From: Gemmatimonadaceae bacterium
GTDB lineage: Bacteria; Gemmatimonadota; Gemmatimonadetes; Gemmatimonadales; Gemmatimonadaceae
Assembly (NCBI GenBank): GCA_040901985.1
Contig: JBBDYC010000011.1
Coordinates: 9,633 to 73,632, forward strand
Length of the DNA: 64,000 bases
Direction: 5' to 3'
The first letter of the stretch is position 1. The number at the start of each line of letters is the position of its first letter. Positions 47,191 to 57,987 of the stretch are shown here, piece after piece. The notes beneath the pieces are model-generated. The model saw only the letters and a program-made list of their open reading frames with translations. It was not told the DNA's origin and ran no database searches. The position numbers were made by a program, and so were the translations under genes.

Positions 47191-48803
47191 GAGCGACGGC
47201 CCTTCTCCTCGGAGCGGTGATCGGCCTCGGCTGTCAGCCCCAGGCTTCGATGCCGCCGGCACCGCTGGCGACCGACGACACCGCCTCCGGCGCCGCCACC
47301 GACACCGCCACCGCGACCCTGATGCCGCGGATCCTGACCGAGACGCTCCGGCCACCGGCGCCGACGGCCACGCCGGTGGGCAATCGGCCGGCGCCGCCAG
47401 CCCTGCACGCCCTCGGGTCGTTCATAGACTCGCTCGTCAGCGATCCGATGTTCCAGTCGGCGCACTGGGGGGTGCTGATCTACGACCCCGCCCTCGGCGA
47501 CACGCTCTACTCGGCGAACGCCGGCAAACTCTTCCTTCCGGCGTCGAACATCAAGCTGATCATCGGCGCGGTCGCGCTCGCGCAGCTCGGCGCCGACTAC
47601 CGCTATCCGACGTGGCTCCTCGGCCGTGCGCCCGGCCGCGACGGCACGATGCGCGGCGACCTGGTGGTGATCGGGCGCGGCGACCCGTCGGTGAGCGATT
47701 CGCTCGCCGGAGACGCGATGCGGCCATTGCGCGAGTTCGCCGACTCGCTGGCCGCGCGCGGCGTGAAGCACATTGCGGGACGGCTGATCCGCGGCGCCGA
47801 CGCGTTTCCCGACTCGACCCTCGGACGCGGGTGGGCCTGGGACGGGCTGGACGAAGGCTATTCGGCGCCGGTGGACGAGCTGCTCTTCAACGAGGGGTTC
47901 GCCCGCGTGACGGTGTTCGGTGGCGCGCGCCCGGGAGACCCGGTGCGCGTGCGCACGGCACCGGCGAAGACGGTACCGCAACTCGGCGTGGTGGACGTGG
48001 TCACCGACCGGAACTGCTGCCTGATCCGGTCGCGCGTGACGTGGACGGGCGACGTGCGCGGCGCACGCCCGACGCTCTCGCTGCAGGGCACGGTGCGCGT
48101 ACACGACTCGGTCACGGTGAACGTCGCGCTGCGGAACCCCGCCGGCGCGTACCTCGATGCGCTGGCAGAGGCACTGGGCGAGCGCGGAATCACGGTCGGG
48201 GGCGGCGTCGAGCCCAACGCGCTCGGCGACACGATCGGCCTCTTGACGCTTGCCACCCGCCGCTCGCCGCCCCTCGCGGCAATCCTGACGGCGTTCCAGA
48301 AGCCGTCGCAGAACCAGATTGGCGAGATCCTGCTCAAAACCCTCGGCCTCGAACGGACCGGCGTCGGGACCGCCGACAGTGGGCGCGCGGTCGTGACGCG
48401 GCAGTTGGCGGCGTGGGGCCTCGACTCCGCCGGCCACGAGGTGCGGGACGGCAGCGGACTCTCGCGACACAACTTTCTCACGCCGCAGACGATTGTGCGC
48501 GTCCTTGAGGTGATGCGGACGCGCGACGATTTCGGCGTCTTCTTTGATGCGCTCCCGATCGGCGGGGTGGACGGGACGATCCGCGAGCGGCTGCGCGGCA
48601 CGCTCGCGTACGACAACGTGCGGGCCAAGACGGGGACCCTCGACAAGGCCCGTGCGCTGTCCGGATACGTCACCAGCGCTGACGGCCACGTGCTGATCTT
48701 CTCGCTTCTCGCCAACAATCACGTCGTGCCGACGCGCGAAGTGGAGCGGGTGCAGGACGCGGTGGTGGCGTACCTCGCGGCGATGGACGCGGGCCGCCGC
48801 TGA
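47187..48803 (+). CDS. dacB: D-Ala-D-Ala carboxypeptidase/endopeptidase (peptidase S13, PBP4), lipoprotein-like N-terminus
   Basis: PASNIK (SxxK), SQN (SxN), AKTGT (KTG), G.GDP, DGSGLSR. ATG at 47187. Confidence 0.92.
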   Translation: MRATALLLGAVIGLGCQPQASMPPAPLATDDTASGAATDTATATLMPRILTETLRPPAPTATPVGNRPAPPALHALGSFIDSLVSDPMFQSAHWGVLIYDPALGDTLYSANAGKLFLPASNIKLIIGAVALAQLGADYRYPTWLLGRAPGRDGTMRGDLVVIGRGDPSVSDSLAGDAMRPLREFADSLAARGVKHIAGRLIRGADAFPDSTLGRGWAWDGLDEGYSAPVDELLFNEGFARVTVFGGARPGDPVRVRTAPAKTVPQLGVVDVVTDRNCCLIRSRVTWTGDVRGARPTLSLQGTVRVHDSVTVNVALRNPAGAYLDALAEALGERGITVGGGVEPNALGDTIGLLTLATRRSPPLAAILTAFQKPSQNQIGEILLKTLGLERTGVGTADSGRAVVTRQLAAWGLDSAGHEVRDGSGLSRHNFLTPQTIVRVLEVMRTRDDFGVFFDALPIGGVDGTIRERLRGTLAYDNVRAKTGTLDKARALSGYVTSADGHVLIFSLLANNHVVPTREVERVQDAVVAYLAAMDAGRR

Positions 48804-50059
48804 TGCTATCGGTCGGCGAGGCGGCTGAGCGGATCACGGCGGCCGTCGCGCCGCTGGAGCACGAGAGGGTCGCGCTCGCCGATGCACTCGGCGCGGTGCT
48901 GGCGGCCGACGTCGTCTCCCCCGTCACGCTGCCGCACTGGAACAACTCGGCGATGGACGGCTACGCCGTGCGTGCCGCCGACATCGCGGGGGCGAGCGGC
49001 GACGCGCCGGTGACGCTCCCGGTGATGGGCACGATCGCGGCCGGCGCCCTGCCCCAGCGGCCGCTCGAACGCGGCGAGGCCGTCCGGATCATGACTGGCG
49101 CGCCGCTCCCCGACGGCGCTGACAGCGTCGTGCGGGTCGAGGACACCGACGCGGGGACGGACCGTGTGCGGATCAACGCGGATCGCGACGCCGGCAAGAA
49201 CGTCCGGCAGCGCGGCGAGGACATCAGCGCCGGGGCAACGGCGCTGCCGAAGGGAATCCCGCTCGGCGCGGCCCAACTTGGCGTGCTGGCCAGCATCGGC
49301 GCGGGCGTGGTGCCGGTGCATCGCCGGCCGCGAGTGGCGATCCTCGGGTCGGGCGACGAACTCGTGGACCTCGACGAGTTCGACGAGGTCCTTGCCGGCA
49401 GGCGCATCGTCAGCTCCAATCGCTACACGCTCGCGGCGCTCGTGCAGCTCTCCGGGGGCGTTCCGCTCCCCCTTGGCCACGCGCGCGATTCGCTCGCCGA
49501 GGTCCGGGCGCTGTTGGAACGCGCGGTCGCCGAAGGCGCCGACCTCATCGTGACCTCGGCCGGCGTCTCGGTGGGCGAGCACGATCACACGCGCGCGGCG
49601 GTGGAGGAACTCGGCACCGCGCTCGATTTCTGGCGCGTCCGGATGCGCCCGGGCGCGCCGCTGGGGTTTGGCCGCGTGCGCGGGATCCCCTGGGTCGGGC
49701 TGCCGGGGAATCCGGTCTCGGCGATGGTGACGTTCGAGCTGTTCGTCCGGCCGGCGGTGCGACGGATGCTCGGCCACACGCGCGTCCACCGGCGACCGGT
49801 GCGCGTCACGCTCGAGGAGCCGGTGAGCATCGGCGCCAGGCTGACGCACTTCTACCGGGCCATCGTGACGCCGCGCGCGGACGGCACGCTCGGTGCGCGG
49901 CTCACCGGACCGCAGGGCTCGGGAATCCTGACGTCAATGTCGCTGGCCAACGCGCTGCTCGTGGTGCCGGAGGACCGGACGACCGTGGCGGCCGGGGAGA
50001 CGCTCTCGGCGCTCCTCCTCGGCGACGACGCGGGCCTGACGGATACCTTTGCGCTCTGA
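48803..50059 (+). CDS. moeA: Molybdopterin molybdotransferase
   Basis: SAMDGYA, IMTGA, SGDEL, SSN, GVSVG.HD, LPGNPVS. Confidence 0.95.
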   Translation: MLSVGEAAERITAAVAPLEHERVALADALGAVLAADVVSPVTLPHWNNSAMDGYAVRAADIAGASGDAPVTLPVMGTIAAGALPQRPLERGEAVRIMTGAPLPDGADSVVRVEDTDAGTDRVRINADRDAGKNVRQRGEDISAGATALPKGIPLGAAQLGVLASIGAGVVPVHRRPRVAILGSGDELVDLDEFDEVLAGRRIVSSNRYTLAALVQLSGGVPLPLGHARDSLAEVRALLERAVAEGADLIVTSAGVSVGEHDHTRAAVEELGTALDFWRVRMRPGAPLGFGRVRGIPWVGLPGNPVSAMVTFELFVRPAVRRMLGHTRVHRRPVRVTLEEPVSIGARLTHFYRAIVTPRADGTLGARLTGPQGSGILTSMSLANALLVVPEDRTTVAAGETLSALLLGDDAGLTDTFAL

Positions 50060-50765
50060 GCTCGCCGCACTCGACCGGGAGTTCGTCCTCGACACCAAGG
50101 TGGTGGACGTCGAGGGGTGGCCGGTGCGACTGGAAAAGCCGCGGAACTCCGACGACCTGATCAGCGAGGCGGACTACGCAAAGGACGAGCGGCTGCCGTA
50201 TTGGGCGGACCTCTGGCCCTCGGCGGAGTCGCTGGCGCGGCACCTCGTGCGGACGGGCGTGGACGACGAGCGGGGGCGCGCCGCGGTCGGCGATGCTTTG
50301 CCCACCGCCCTTGAACTCGGCTGCGGCATTGGCCTGGTGACGATTGCCGCGATGCGCGCCGGCTACCGGGTGACCGGCACCGACTATTACGCCGACGCGC
50401 TGCGATTCACGGCCCGGAACGCGCTCGCCAACGTCGGCGTCGAGCCGGCCACGCGCCACGTGGACTGGCGCGCGCTGCCGGACGACCTCGGGCTGTTCGA
50501 CCTCGTGCTGGCGGCCGACGTGCTCTACGAGCGACCGTACGCGCCGCTGGTGGCCGCGGCGATCGCACGGACCCTCGCGCCAGGTGGTGTGGCGCTGGTG
50601 GCCGACCAGGGCCGGGTCGGCCTCGAGGCGTTCCTCGCGGCGACCGTGGAGCACGGACTCGCGCACCGGACGCTACTCACCGAACGCCCGACGGTCGGCC
50701 CGCCGGGCGATCCCACTGCGCCGGGCCCGACCGTCACGCTCTACGAGCTGCGCTGGGCGCCGTAA
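50049..50765 (+). CDS. Family-16-type (METTL20/21-like) class I protein methyltransferase
   Basis: PYWADLWPSA, LELGCGIGL (motif I), DLVLAADVLY (post-II DxxY). Confidence 0.8.
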   Translation: MRSELAALDREFVLDTKVVDVEGWPVRLEKPRNSDDLISEADYAKDERLPYWADLWPSAESLARHLVRTGVDDERGRAAVGDALPTALELGCGIGLVTIAAMRAGYRVTGTDYYADALRFTARNALANVGVEPATRHVDWRALPDDLGLFDLVLAADVLYERPYAPLVAAAIARTLAPGGVALVADQGRVGLEAFLAATVEHGLAHRTLLTERPTVGPPGDPTAPGPTVTLYELRWAP

Positions 50766-50808
50766 CCGCGCCGTGAAATCGGCGGCGCGCCGGCGCCAGG
50801 CACCCCCG

Positions 50809-51261
50809 CTACTCCAGCCCCCGCGGCGTCCCGAGGATTGTCATCAGCACGATCCCGCGTCGCGCATCCCGTGAGCTTTTTATCCAATCGCGCGCAGGGA
50901 TGCCGCGTAGGCGGGCGCCGGCGCGTCGCGCCGGCGGCGGCAGAGGCGCGGCGGGACGAGGAGCCGGCGGCTCCAGCGATTCAAGCACAAACGGCACCGC
51001 GCGCGGCGGGGCCGACGGACGGACGGTCACCGGCCGCGGAAAGAGGACCGACGGCTCGAAGCCGTCGCGCCCCTTGCGCACGAGCGCAATCCAATCTTCC
51101 TCGTCGTCCTCCTCTTCGTCGGGCACTGCCACGCGACGACCGCGCCGAGCGGCCGACGGCGCGGCCGGCGGCGTGCCCGCCGCGCGCTTCCTGGCCCAGC
51201 GCACGAAGTAATCCCCCCCCGTGAAGAGGAGGATCAGGAGGACGATGATCAGTTGTTCCAT
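50809..51261 (-). CDS. Small membrane-anchored protein (YqfB-like position)
   Basis: N-terminal TM helix, acidic/Pro-rich linker and C-terminal ARRGIVLMTILGTPR. Third gene after nfeD-floA. Confidence 0.7.
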   Translation of the reverse strand: MEQLIIVLLILLFTGGDYFVRWARKRAAGTPPAAPSAARRGRRVAVPDEEEDDEEDWIALVRKGRDGFEPSVLFPRPVTVRPSAPPRAVPFVLESLEPPAPRPAAPLPPPARRAGARLRGIPARDWIKSSRDARRGIVLMTILGTPRGLE

Positions 51262-51273
51262 CGTCGGCGCGCC

Positions 51274-52245
51274 TTACCGGGCCTTGCCGGCGTCGGGCGC
51301 GTCGCCGCCGTGCGCGATGGACTCACGCATCTCGGTGTCGGCCTGGACGTTCTTCATCCGGTAGTAGTCCATAATGCCGAGGTTGCCCGCCTTGAACGCC
51401 TCGGCCATCGCGCGTGGCACCTCGGCCTCGGCCTCGACGACACGCGCCCGCATCTCCTGCTCGAGCGCGACGGCCATCGCGCGCCGCTCCTCGGCCTTCG
51501 CCTGCGCGATCTGCTTGTCCGCGTTGGCCTGGTCAATCTGCAGCTTGGCCCCGATGTTCTCGCCCACGTCAACGTCGGCGATGTCAATCGAGAGGATCTC
51601 GAACGCCGTCCCGGCGTCGAGCCCGCGGCTGAGGATGTGCTTGGAGATGTGGTCGGGGTTCTCGAGCACGTCCTTGTGCGACTCGGCCGATCCGATGGTG
51701 CTCACCATCCCCTCGCCGACGCGGGCGATCACCGTCTCCTCGCCGGCGCCGCCGACGAGCCGGTCAATGTTGGTGCGGACCGTCACCCGGGAGACGGCGA
51801 TGAGCTGGATCCCGTTCTTGGCGATGGCCGCGATGCGCGGCGTCTCGATCACCTTCGGGATGACCGACATCTTCACCGCCTCGAGCACGTCGCGGCCGGC
51901 GAGGTCAATCGCCGCCGCCCGCTTGAACGTGAGCGGGATGTTGGCCTTGTCCGCCGAGATGAGTGCATTCACCACCCGCACGACGTTGCCGCCGGCGAGG
52001 AAATGCGCCTCGAGGTCGTTGAGCGAGACCTCGAGCCCCGCCTTCACCGCGCTGATCCTGGCGGTGACGATCGTCGTCGGTGGCACGCGACGCAGCCGCA
52101 TCGCGATGAGGGTCGGGAGTCCGACGTATGCCCCCGAGGCCCAGGCGGCAATCCAGAGATTGACCGGCACGAAGAAGAGGAGAAGACCCAGTCCCGCGAT
52201 CAGGAGGACGAGGAGGCCGATGCCCCCGCCGATGAGTTCGGTCAT
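51274..52245 (-). CDS. floA: Flotillin-like protein FloA (YqfA)
   Basis: [74 protein letters not shown]. Confidence 0.95.
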   Translation of the reverse strand: MTELIGGGIGLLVLLIAGLGLLLFFVPVNLWIAAWASGAYVGLPTLIAMRLRRVPPTTIVTARISAVKAGLEVSLNDLEAHFLAGGNVVRVVNALISADKANIPLTFKRAAAIDLAGRDVLEAVKMSVIPKVIETPRIAAIAKNGIQLIAVSRVTVRTNIDRLVGGAGEETVIARVGEGMVSTIGSAESHKDVLENPDHISKHILSRGLDAGTAFEILSIDIADVDVGENIGAKLQIDQANADKQIAQAKAEERRAMAVALEQEMRARVVEAEAEVPRAMAEAFKAGNLGIMDYYRMKNVQADTEMRESIAHGGDAPDAGKAR

Positions 52246-53633
52246 GACGTGTGCCCTTGCGTTGTGGCGTGGTGCGTCCGCACCACGATCCGGTTGCCGT
52301 CCAGCCGGCTGACCACCACGGTGGTGCCGGCGTCAATCATCTCACCATTCGAGACCACATCCATCCGTTCGCCATCAATCTCGGCGATCCCCGCCGGCCG
52401 CAACGGCGTGCGGGCGATGCCCGTGCGGCCGAGGAGGGCGCCGCTCGGGGCGGACGGTACGTCGTCGCCACCCCCGGCCGCCAGGGCCGACTCGAGGACC
52501 AGGCGGCGCGTGACCGGCGTTCGCGCCAGCGATCGGAATATCAGCAGGGTGAGCGCCAGGCCCATCAGCATCGAGATCGAGATCCGCCCGAGCGCACCCA
52601 GCACCGCCTGGATGGTCGCGCCGTGCCCCACCAGCCCCAGGGCAAGTCCGGCGACCACGGCGGCGATCCCCCCGACGCCGGCAATCCCGAATCCGGGAAT
52701 CACGAAGACCTCGAGTCCGATCAACCCGAGGCCGACGATCACGAGCAGGATTTCCTCCCACCCGACGAGCTGGACGACCCAATGCCCGCCCAGGACGAGG
52801 ACGAGACTGGCCAGGCCGAGCGCACCGGGGAATCCGAAGCCCGGCGTGCGAATCTCGATGAGGATGCCAATCATTGCCGCCGAGAGGAGGAGCGAGGCGA
52901 CGATCGGGTGCGTGAGCAGGCGCACGAAGCGCTCGCCCCAGTTGGGCGTCTTGGTGCGCACCTCGGCGCCGGTCAGCTCGAGGTAGGCAAGCAGCGCGTC
53001 GAGGTCGTTGGCGACGTGGTCGGCGATCCCGTGCTTGAGCGCCTCCTCGGTCGTGAGCGTGAGGAGCTTCCCCTTGTCAATCAGGCCGGCGATCTCGACG
53101 TCAGCGTCCACCATCGCCTCGGCGATCTCCGGCGAGCGATTGCGCGTGTCGGCGGTGGCGCGGAATTCCTTGCGCACGTAGGAGACGGACTTCTCCTCCA
53201 CCGGCGTCGCCTCGCCGCCCGGCGCCCCGATCTGGACCGGGGTGGCGGCGCCGATCGTGCCACCGTCGGTCATCACGATGCGCTCGGAGGCGAGACTGAT
53301 CAGCGCGCCGGCGGAGATGGCGCGCCGATTCACCCAAGCGACCGAGCGGACCGGCGATGAGAGGAGCGCGTCGCGGATCGCGACCGCGGCATCAAGCCGG
53401 CCGCCAAAGGTGTTGATGTCGAGGATCACCGCCGACGCGCCTTCGCGTTGCGCCTCCCGCAGAACCCGGTCCACGAACGGGGCGAGCCCGAGATCAATCA
53501 TCCCCTCGATCGGGATGACCTGCACGTGCTGGCGCGCCGGCGGCTGCGCGGCCGGCGGCGATCCGGACAGCGCGACGACGGCGAGACCGGCGATCGCAAG
53601 GCCGCGCACGGCGCGGAGACCTGACATTCGCAT
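52242..53633 (-). CDS. nfeD: NfeD (YqeZ-type) membrane-bound ClpP-class serine protease with C-terminal OB domain
   Basis: [37 protein letters not shown]. Start is ATG 53633 or 53627. Confidence 0.92.
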   Translation of the reverse strand: MRMSGLRAVRGLAIAGLAVVALSGSPPAAQPPARQHVQVIPIEGMIDLGLAPFVDRVLREAQREGASAVILDINTFGGRLDAAVAIRDALLSSPVRSVAWVNRRAISAGALISLASERIVMTDGGTIGAATPVQIGAPGGEATPVEEKSVSYVRKEFRATADTRNRSPEIAEAMVDADVEIAGLIDKGKLLTLTTEEALKHGIADHVANDLDALLAYLELTGAEVRTKTPNWGERFVRLLTHPIVASLLLSAAMIGILIEIRTPGFGFPGALGLASLVLVLGGHWVVQLVGWEEILLVIVGLGLIGLEVFVIPGFGIAGVGGIAAVVAGLALGLVGHGATIQAVLGALGRISISMLMGLALTLLIFRSLARTPVTRRLVLESALAAGGGDDVPSAPSGALLGRTGIARTPLRPAGIAEIDGERMDVVSNGEMIDAGTTVVVSRLDGNRIVVRTHHATTQGHTS

Positions 53634-53737
53634 CTGCTGCCACCTCAAGGTGGTGAAGGGAGGTGCCTCCAAGTTACGCCGCGGCCCCGACGCGCGACAG
53701 CGCGGCGTCCGCCGCACACCGCCCCGTCCGGGGCCCG

Positions 53738-54220
53738 TCACCAGCGTCGCACCCGGCGCGCGTACCCGGCGTACGTCTCACCGAACTTCCGTTCCAGGTA
53801 CGCCTCCTCGCGCGCGATCACAAAGGCGTTCGTCGCGGCGATGGCCGGAATCACCATCAGCACCACGGCCAGCCGGTCGGTCCAGAGCCCGAGTCCGAGC
53901 TGAAGCAGCGCGAAGCCGAGGTAGATCGGGTTCCGCGAGACCGCGTAGGGCCCGCTCGTGACGATCGCGGTGGTCGGCCGCCAGGGATAGACGGCGGTCT
54001 GGTGCCGCCTGAGGACGTGCGCCGCCCAGCTCACCAGGATGAGCGCCATTGCGGTGATGGCGGCGCCGAACATCCACCACCCGTCGGGCCGCGCCGCCAC
54101 CGGCCGCAGCCAGTGCACGAACACGCCGAACGCCGTCGCGATCACGAAGATCAGCGGCGGCGGGAACCGCAGCCCGGGGTGGTCAGGCAAGTCGTTGGGC
54201 AACGACTTCGGCAATGTCAT
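53738..54220 (-). CDS. Isoprenylcysteine carboxyl/phospholipid methyltransferase family protein
   Basis: [17 protein letters not shown] and REEAYL..KFG..Y..Y...VRRW. Confidence 0.88.
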   Translation of the reverse strand: MTLPKSLPNDLPDHPGLRFPPPLIFVIATAFGVFVHWLRPVAARPDGWWMFGAAITAMALILVSWAAHVLRRHQTAVYPWRPTTAIVTSGPYAVSRNPIYLGFALLQLGLGLWTDRLAVVLMVIPAIAATNAFVIAREEAYLERKFGETYAGYARRVRRW

Positions 54221-56195
54221 AGACGGGCACCTCGCTCCCCTTTGCCTTCACGCCGTCGGCCATCATCGTCATGCAGAACGGGCAGGCCACGGCCACCGCG
54301 CCAGCGTCCGTGGCCAGCGCCTCCTCGGCGCGCTCGACGTTGATCCGCTTGCCGACTTTCTCCTCCATCCACATCCGCCCGCCACCGGCGCCGCAGCAGA
54401 GCCCCTTGTCCCTGCTGCGCGGCATCTCGACGAGGTTCACCAGCGGAAGCGCGCGCCGGAGCGTGTCGCGTGGCGCGTCGTAGACACCATTGTAGCGCCC
54501 GAGATAGCACGAGTCGTGATAGGTGAAGGTGGCCACCGCGCCGTCCAGCTCCTCGCGGCCCTTCATCGGCACGCGCCCCTCGGCCAGCAGGTGCTCGATG
54601 TAGGTCGAGTGGTGCACGACGTCGTAGTTGCCGCCGAACTGCGGATACTCGCTCCCCAACTGATGGAAGCAGTGCGGGCAGGCCGTGACGACGGTCTTCA
54701 CGCCGTAGCGGCCGAGCGTCTCGACGTTGTCCCTGGCGAGCGTCTGGTAGAGGTACTCGTTCCCCATCCGCCGCGCGGGATCGCCGTTGCACTTCTCCTC
54801 CTGGCCGAGGATCGCGAAGCGCACGCCGGCCGCCTGGAGGATCCGCGCAAAGGCGACGGTGGTCCGCTTGGCGCGGTCGTCGAACGACCCCATGCAGCCG
54901 ACCCAGTAGAGGACCTCGGGGCTCTCGCCTCGCGCCGCGAGCTCGGCCATCGTCGGGATGTCGAGGCCGTCCGCCCACCGCGCGCGGTCCCCCGGGTCGA
55001 ACGCCCACGGCGAGCCGCTCGTCTCGAGCGACTCGAAGGCCGGCGTCATCTCCTCGGGGAAGCGCGACTCCGAGAGCACGAGGTTGCGCCGCAACTCGTT
55101 GATCACCGAGAGCTGGTCAATCGAGACCGGGCACTCGTACACGCAGGCGCGGCACGAGGTGCAGGCCCAGAGCTCCTCGTCCGTGATGTAGTCGCCGAGC
55201 AGTGTGCGGGTGTCGCCGCCGGCGGCCTTCTCCTCGAGCCGCTCGCGCACGTTGATCATGATCTTGCGCGGGCTGAGCAACTTCCCGGTGATGTTGGCGG
55301 GGCAGACGCTCGTGCAGCGGCCGCACTCGGTGCAGGCAAAGCCGTCGAGGAGCGACTTCCAGCTCAGGTGCTCCACGTCCTTCGCCCCGAACTGCTCGGC
55401 ATCGGCGCCCTCGAAGTCCATCGGCCGCATCGCGCCGATCGTCCCCGGGCCGCTGGTGTTGGCGAGGAAGGTGTTGGGCAGCGACACGACGACGTGCAGG
55501 TGCTTGGAATAGGGCAGGTAGTTCAGGAACCCGAGCACGAGGAGCGCGTGGGCCCACCAGAAGCCCTCGTGCATCGCCACCACGCTTGGGAAGCCCAGCC
55601 CGAGTCCGAACTCGACGATGAACCGCGCCAGCGGATAGCTGACCGGCCGCGCCGACGCCATCACCAGCGGCTCGGCGGCCATCAGGAACGCCGTCGAGAG
55701 GAACATCGTGACCATCAGCGCGGCGATCCAGGTCAGGATCAGCAGCGGGTCGTTCGGATGCGTCTCGGCGCCGAGCAGGCGCTTGACGCGCCGGGTCAGC
55801 CGACGCCACAGCGCGAAGCCGACGGCGACGAGCACGACCGCCGCGACGGCCTCCTGGCTCACGAGATAGAGGTGGTAGAGCCGCTCGGGGAGGAAGTTCC
55901 CGACACTGAAGCGCGGGAAGATCCCCTCGACGATCATCTCCGTCGTGCTCGCGCCGAGGACGAGGAAGCCCCAGAAGATCGCGGCGTGCATCGGCCCGGC
56001 GATCGAGTCGCGGAAGATCTTCTGCTGGAAGATCCCGATCCGCAGGAAGTTCCAGAGGCGCGTGGGCCACTCGTTCCAGCGGACGTCGTCGAGACGCCCG
56101 ATGCGGAGCTCGCCGACCAGGCGCTGGACGTTGAACGCGAAGAACCCGACGGCGAGGATGACGATGCCGAGGAAGAGCGCGTTCGCGGCGGTCAC
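54183..56195 (-). CDS. Membrane Fe-S oxidoreductase (FadF/HdrD-like, CCG domains)
   Basis: TM domain ending in [20 protein letters not shown] and [12 protein letters not shown] ferredoxin motifs, C-x-G / CPHC and CCGAGGG / ACPFC. Confidence 0.9.
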   Translation of the reverse strand: MTAANALFLGIVILAVGFFAFNVQRLVGELRIGRLDDVRWNEWPTRLWNFLRIGIFQQKIFRDSIAGPMHAAIFWGFLVLGASTTEMIVEGIFPRFSVGNFLPERLYHLYLVSQEAVAAVVLVAVGFALWRRLTRRVKRLLGAETHPNDPLLILTWIAALMVTMFLSTAFLMAAEPLVMASARPVSYPLARFIVEFGLGLGFPSVVAMHEGFWWAHALLVLGFLNYLPYSKHLHVVVSLPNTFLANTSGPGTIGAMRPMDFEGADAEQFGAKDVEHLSWKSLLDGFACTECGRCTSVCPANITGKLLSPRKIMINVRERLEEKAAGGDTRTLLGDYITDEELWACTSCRACVYECPVSIDQLSVINELRRNLVLSESRFPEEMTPAFESLETSGSPWAFDPGDRARWADGLDIPTMAELAARGESPEVLYWVGCMGSFDDRAKRTTVAFARILQAAGVRFAILGQEEKCNGDPARRMGNEYLYQTLARDNVETLGRYGVKTVVTACPHCFHQLGSEYPQFGGNYDVVHHSTYIEHLLAEGRVPMKGREELDGAVATFTYHDSCYLGRYNGVYDAPRDTLRRALPLVNLVEMPRSRDKGLCCGAGGGRMWMEEKVGKRINVERAEEALATDAGAVAVACPFCMTMMADGVKAKGSEVPVYDIAEVVAQRLA

Positions 56196-56199
56196 CGGG

Positions 56200-57183
56200 T
56201 CACCCCGCCCTGGCCTTCTTCACGGCGTCGGTGAGCACGGGGAGGACCTGGAGCACGTCCCCAACGATCCCGTAGTCGGCGATCTTGAAGATCGGCGCCT
56301 CCTTGTCCTTGTTGATCGCGACGATCGTCTTGCTCGTCCGCATCCCGGCGAGGTGCTGGATGGCGCCGGAGATGCCGCAGGCCACGTAGAGGTCGGGACT
56401 CACGAGGCGGCCGGTCTGGCCGATCTGGTCGGCGGGCGGGCGCCAGCCGTCGTCCGTCACCGCGCGCGTGGCGCCAACGGCGGCGTTGCCGAACGCGGCG
56501 GCGAGGTCCTCGACGAGCTTGAAGTTCGCCGCCTCCTTGAGCCCGCGGCCGCCCGAGATGATCACCCGCGCCTCGCCGAGGTCGTGCTTGGCGGCGTTGC
56601 CGGCGGTGGTCTCGGTGACCTTCACGCGACTGGCGCCGGGGTCGCCGGCGGGTGCCATCGTCTCGACGGCGCCCGCCTTGGCATCGGACTTCGGGAGATA
56701 GGCGCCGGGCCGGACCGAGATCACGGCCGGCGTGGCGGTGAGCGTGACCGTCTGCATCACCTTGCCCGTGTAGCCGGGATGCACGGCACTGATCGCGCCT
56801 CCCTTCACCTCAAAGGACGTCACGTCGGCCGCGAGCGGCACGCCGAGCTTGGCGGCGACCCGCGGCGCGATGTCCTTGCCGGTTGCCGATGCCGTGCAGA
56901 GAAAGGTGCCGTAACTCCCGGATTTCATTCGCGCGGCGATCGTCGTGCTCACCGCCTCGGGGTTGTTCTGCGCGAACGCGGCGTGCTCGACGACGACCAC
57001 GGCGTCGGCGCCGTGTGCCCCGAGCGGCGGCGCCTTGGCGCCGATCCCCGGCGCGCCGAAGATGATGGCGTGGACCTGGCCGCCCGACGCATCGGCGACG
57101 ATCCGGGCGGCAGTGACTGCCTCGAGCGCGGCACGGCGGAGGTCGCCGCCGCGCGCCTCGGCAAAGGCGAGGACGTTCGTCAC
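56200..57183 (-). CDS. etfA: Electron transfer flavoprotein alpha subunit
   Basis: [40 protein letters not shown]. Confidence 0.96.
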   Translation of the reverse strand: MTNVLAFAEARGGDLRRAALEAVTAARIVADASGGQVHAIIFGAPGIGAKAPPLGAHGADAVVVVEHAAFAQNNPEAVSTTIAARMKSGSYGTFLCTASATGKDIAPRVAAKLGVPLAADVTSFEVKGGAISAVHPGYTGKVMQTVTLTATPAVISVRPGAYLPKSDAKAGAVETMAPAGDPGASRVKVTETTAGNAAKHDLGEARVIISGGRGLKEAANFKLVEDLAAAFGNAAVGATRAVTDDGWRPPADQIGQTGRLVSPDLYVACGISGAIQHLAGMRTSKTIVAINKDKEAPIFKIADYGIVGDVLQVLPVLTDAVKKARAG

Positions 57184-57935
57184 GAGAGCACCTTCGCTTC
57201 TTCCTTGAGGAGGCGCACGAGCTCGGGCACCGCGTCGGGACCCTCGCCGATGATCCGGCCGCCGGTGCGCTCGGGCGGAAGCGCCATCGCAGTGAGCGTG
57301 AGCCGTTCGGCCGGCAGCTGCGCGGGCTTGGTCTCGAGCGGCTTCTTCTTGGCGGCCATTATCCCCTTCAGCGAGGGATACCGCGGCCGCGCGATGCCCT
57401 CGTCAATCGTGACCACCGCCGGGAGCGCGCACTCGACCAGCTCGAACGCGCCCTCGAGCTCGCGGCGCATCCTGGCCGTACCGCCGTCGAACTCGAGCTT
57501 GCTGATGGCGGTCACGCAGGGAAGGCCGAGCAGCTCGGCGGCGATCGCGCCGACCGCGCCGTGCGCGGTGTCAATGCTCATCCGGCCGAACATCACGAGG
57601 TCGTAGCCGCCGCCCTTCAACTCGGCGGCGAGCGCGCTCGCCACGGCAAACGAGTCCACCGGCGCCCCATCGTGTCTGAGTTGCACCGCGCGATCGGCGC
57701 CCATTGACATCGCCTTGCGCAACGTCTCCTGGACCACGTCGCCGCCAAGCGAGATCACGACAACCTCGCCGGCATTGAGCTTCTCCTTGATCTGCAGCGC
57801 GGCCTCGACGGCGTAGCCGTCGAAGTCAGAGATGTCGAACTTCAGGCCCGCCTCATCCACGGCCTTGCCGGAGGCGGCGATCTTGAAGCGGACGTCCATA
57901 TCGGGGACGCGCTTGAGGCAGACAGCGATCTTCAA
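57180..57935 (-). CDS. etfB: Electron transfer flavoprotein beta subunit
   Basis: IAVCLKRVPD, AMSMGADRA, PRYPSLKGIMAAKKKP. TTG start. Confidence 0.95.
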   Translation of the reverse strand: MKIAVCLKRVPDMDVRFKIAASGKAVDEAGLKFDISDFDGYAVEAALQIKEKLNAGEVVVISLGGDVVQETLRKAMSMGADRAVQLRHDGAPVDSFAVASALAAELKGGGYDLVMFGRMSIDTAHGAVGAIAAELLGLPCVTAISKLEFDGGTARMRRELEGAFELVECALPAVVTIDEGIARPRYPSLKGIMAAKKKPLETKPAQLPAERLTLTAMALPPERTGGRIIGEGPDAVPELVRLLKEEAKVLS

Positions 57936-57966
57936 TGGGCATCCGGGTTACGGTGGTGCGGAAAGA

Positions 57967-57987
57967 TACCTCCCACCTCTTACCTAC
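57967..57987. repeat. Three 7-bp units of the same NACCT-type heptamer seen at 29974
   Basis: TACCTCC CACCTCT TACCTAC, spanning the AGMO-like stop and the gap towards etfB. Confidence 0.45.

Noticed and set aside
50809-53633. nfeD-floA-small gene as a novel system
   Set aside because: Known conserved operon (B. subtilis yqeZ-yqfA-yqfB type).
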